A DNA stretch of 64,000 bases from a virus. The notes under the pieces are model-generated. The model worked only from the letters and a program-made list of their open reading frames with translations, made no database searches and was not told the origin of the DNA. Below, one piece after another: positions 61,863 through 64,000 of this stretch (position 1 is the stretch's first letter; the number at the start of each line of letters is the position of its first letter). Location of the stretch: the IMG/VR virus record IMGVR_UViG_3300045988_127579; one strand, given 5' to 3'. Position numbers and translations under genes: made by a program.

Positions 61863-62287
61863 TATTTTATACTATACCCAAATTCCTTAGCTTTAAAATA
61901 GTCTTGCCAGTAATCTTCTCGCACATCTAACTCTTCACGAGAACATTCTTCTATTACTTCAAAACTAAAATTTTCTACTCCAATAGCCAACATAGCAGGA
62001 TAAAGTTTATTGCGTGTGGCGGGTTCCGCCCCAATTCCGCGTTTAATATGCTGTTTCCAACGTGCGGAAAGATCGACTGCTTGACCCACATAACACATTT
62101 GATTTTCTAAATTAGTAATTTTATAAATTCCTGTGTGGATTCCAGAGCCAATTACTCGACCAATTAAATCTGTGGTTGGTTTTTCATAATAGCTTTTCCA
62201 AATTACTTTATTTAAAATATCTTTATCACGAAGTTTCGGCTCAATAGAACGAAGAAGACTGATTTCATCAATATCTATTTGAGGCAA
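61862..62287 (-). mobile_element. GIY-YIG homing-endonuclease-like ORF (141 aa), in frame with the upstream gene through a TAG
   Basis: GIYKITNLENQMCYVGQAVDLSARWKQH motif; TTG start with no RBS, immediately after the TAG at 62288-62290. Confidence 0.65.
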
Positions 62288-62875
62288 CTATAATTTATAG
62301 AAATCAGCTTGGTTTTTAATTTCTTCGGCACGTTTCGCAGCATCAACTGCGGCCGCGACTTCTCTACTATGTAATTGAATTTCTTCATCTAATTTATTTA
62401 ATTCTTCTTTTTTAGAATCAATTAAATTAGATAATTCTAAAGAACAATCAACAAGAGTTGATTGATATTCATTTTCATATTCTTCTTTAGCTTTCGTATA
62501 TTTAAATTCTTGTTTATTTAAATCATATTCAAGGCGAACACGAGCATTTTCCATTGATTGCTGATAGAAAATATCCGCTGATTGCTTTGCTTGGTTCTAT
62601 AAAGAATTTAAACTATTTTCAACTTCGTCTCTTTTGGACTAAAGAATATTTAAATTATTTTCTACTTCTTCTTTTCTGGAAGTAATACCTTTTACTGCCG
62701 TTGATAATATTGTATACTAATCATCTAAATCTGAATTTTTATATTCAAGCTCTTTATTTTGTTTTATTATTTCTTCATTAAGCTTTTGAATATTATTTAG
62801 TCGTGGACGTAAAATAAAATATATTAAAAATCCACCAATAATAAACGCCAGTATAGCAATTATTAAAGTAAGCAT
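62288..62875 (-). CDS. membrane-anchored coiled-coil protein (about 195 aa), 3 in-frame TAGs; terminal TAG abuts the GIY-YIG ORF in the same frame
   Basis: ATG at 62875; N-terminal TM helix LIIAILAFIIGGFLIYFIL followed by a long heptad-rich region; joins ORF 62288..62554. Confidence 0.5.
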
Positions 62876-62934
62876 AAATATTTAAAAAAGAAGGGGCAGA
62901 TATTAAATATCTACCCCTTAATAATTTATATTAA

Positions 62935-63204
62935 TTACTCCGCGTCAGGAGCGTCGGGATCAAAGCTCATGCCAGCGGGAGTGAGAGAGAGGAACTTGAC
63001 CTGCTTATGAGTGCCATCCTCAAGCTCAACCTCAGCGGGAGTGCGAAGACCGAGACCCTTGCGCTGAATAGCACTGGTAAAGATACCATCAACAGAACGC
63101 TTCTCGAGACCGAGAGCCTCAGCAACATCAGCAGCGGTAACTTCCTGACCGTTAACTTCCTTCAAATAATTAAGAACCTTCTTAGAATTTTCCTTCATAG
63201 CCAT
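62935..63204 (-). CDS. small winged-helix / histone-like DNA-binding protein (89 aa), strongly GC-rich and TAG-free
   Basis: TAADVAEALGLEKRSVDGIFTSAIQRKGL; about 55% GC locally in a roughly 30% GC genome; sits under a consensus promoter. Confidence 0.55.
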   Translation of the reverse strand: MAMKENSKKVLNYLKEVNGQEVTAADVAEALGLEKRSVDGIFTSAIQRKGLGLRTPAEVELEDGTHKQVKFLSLTPAGMSFDPDAPDAE

Positions 63205-63278
63205 AATAATAATAATCTCCTTTAAATAATTAAATATTTTTTTTTATTTTTTTCTTTTAACCTTTAGGTTATGTAAAT

Positions 63279-63307
63279 ATTATAGTAAAAAATTTTTTAT
63301 TTGTCAA
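63279..63307 (-). promoter_or_regulatory. consensus sigma-A promoter TTGACA-N17-TATAAT with an A6T6 spacer
   Basis: On the - strand: TTGACAaataaaaaattttttacTATAAT; upstream of gene 62935..63204. Confidence 0.65.
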
Positions 63308-63497
63308 GAATTTTTCCAAGAATTTCTTGAACCATTTCATCAATGGTTGTAATATCATCAAGACTGTGAACGTGGCTCGAAAGTTCCATAATTTGATTCT
63401 GGGCTTTACGAACAGCTTGCGGGTCTTCACTTGTCTGAACGACTAATTCTGCATTAGCAATTTTTTTTGCGAGATTCTTGAGTTCTTTTGTTTTCAT
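63297..63497 (-). CDS. small hypothetical early protein (66 aa)
   Basis: RBS AAGGAAG; ORF; downstream of the promoter at 63531-63559. Confidence 0.5.
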   Translation of the reverse strand: MKTKELKNLAKKIANAELVVQTSEDPQAVRKAQNQIMELSSHVHSLDDITTIDEMVQEILGKILDK

Positions 63498-63530
63498 TTA
63501 AAAATTTTCTTCCTTAATTTTTACAAGTTT

Positions 63531-63559
63531 ATTTTACAAAAAATTTTTTTATTTGTCAA
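63531..63559 (-). promoter_or_regulatory. consensus sigma-A promoter TTGACA-N17-TAAAAT with the same spacer repeat
   Basis: On the - strand: TTGACAaataaaaaaattttttgTAAAAT; near-identical 21-nt element to the 63279-63307 promoter. Confidence 0.6.
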
Positions 63560-63854
63560 AACATTCCGCCAAAGTGCAGTCGGTAATGTTCTTATCATCG
63601 CGGAATCCTTTAAAAAATCCATGTCTTAAAGTGTGGTCTTTGCTATTTTTTTCCATACACTGTATGGCAACTACTCGATTAAGGTATTTTTCAGGTTCCT
63701 TAGCAAAAGCTTCTTTAAGTTCATCGGTTAATCCAGAAGATACCGTTCCGATTTCAATAAGATTTCCTTTATCATCATAGGCGCCTAACTTCATAGATGT
63801 CTTCCATCCATAATAATAGCCTTTGGTAACTGGCATATAGTATCTTTCATCATC
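63549..63854 (-). CDS. ATP-dependent DNA ligase C-terminal OB-domain ORF (about 101 aa); N-terminal catalytic part not found in frame
   Basis: Motif VI-like RHGFFKGFRDDK and SSGLTDELKEAF... resemble ligase OB domains. TAA TAA lie in frame upstream, and another ORF overlaps in a different frame up to the window edge. Confidence 0.4.
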   Translation of the reverse strand, partial: DDERYYMPVTKGYYYGWKTSMKLGAYDDKGNLIEIGTVSSGLTDELKEAFAKEPEKYLNRVVAIQCMEKNSKDHTLRHGFFKGFRDDKNITDCTLAECFDK

Positions 63855-64000
63855 GTTTATTAGTTGAGACCTACAATTTGTATTATTACAATTTTGAGTA
63901 TACTTATAATAATAATTACCACTTAATAATTGAGGATTAATCCAACCAGCAAAACAATGGTCTTCTTCAAAGCAATCATAAAAACTTGGTTCTTTTACTT

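Noticed and set aside
1-64000. CRISPR array, integrase/repressor lysogeny module, or tRNA genes
   Set aside because: No spaced direct repeats, no tyrosine/serine recombinase or cI-like ORFs, and no tRNA-like structures were seen by eye. A formal tRNA scan is still advisable.
1-64000. TGA to Trp (code 4) recoding instead of, or in addition to, TAG
   Set aside because: TGA is used as a clean terminator for several genes (1846-2916, 20760-21104, 25841-33586, nrdG extension, primase), and I found no in-frame TGA inside conserved domains.

Overview
This window is an AT-rich (about 30% GC) segment of a bacteriophage or prophage genome from a low-GC Gram-positive (Firmicutes-type) host. The host assignment rests on AAGGAGG-type ribosome binding sites, an LL-H-family holin and an anaerobic class III ribonucleotide reductase. 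Two convergent modules meet at a bidirectional terminator near 37.75-37.8 kb. The + strand (1-37747) carries the late structural and lysis genes: a truncated head-assembly gene, a major structural protein, a tape measure protein of about 2770 aa, several very large tail/baseplate/fibre proteins including a single ORF of about 2581 aa, and a holin. The - strand (37973-64000) carries the early genes: DnaE-type polymerase, DnaB helicase, DnaG primase, NrdDG, dUTPase, a guanylate-kinase-like dNMP kinase, a RecJ-like exonuclease, a Dda-like helicase, a Sak4-like ATPase, an SSB-like protein, RuvC, HNH and GIY-YIG homing endonucleases, and a ligase fragment. The dominant signal is that TAG (amber) is not a stop codon in this genome. 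All long late genes, and many early genes, are continuous single-frame ORFs only if TAG is read as a sense codon (most likely Gln, as in translation table 15). Every gene end I could map uses TAA or TGA. The supplied six-frame track therefore fragments most real genes. A second notable signal is a perfect prfB-type +1 frameshift heptamer (CTT TGA C) at the 5' end of the dnaE-like gene. No tRNA, CRISPR array, integrase or repressor was found. Coordinates that I derived by hand, rather than taken from the ORF track, may be off by 1-3 nt.
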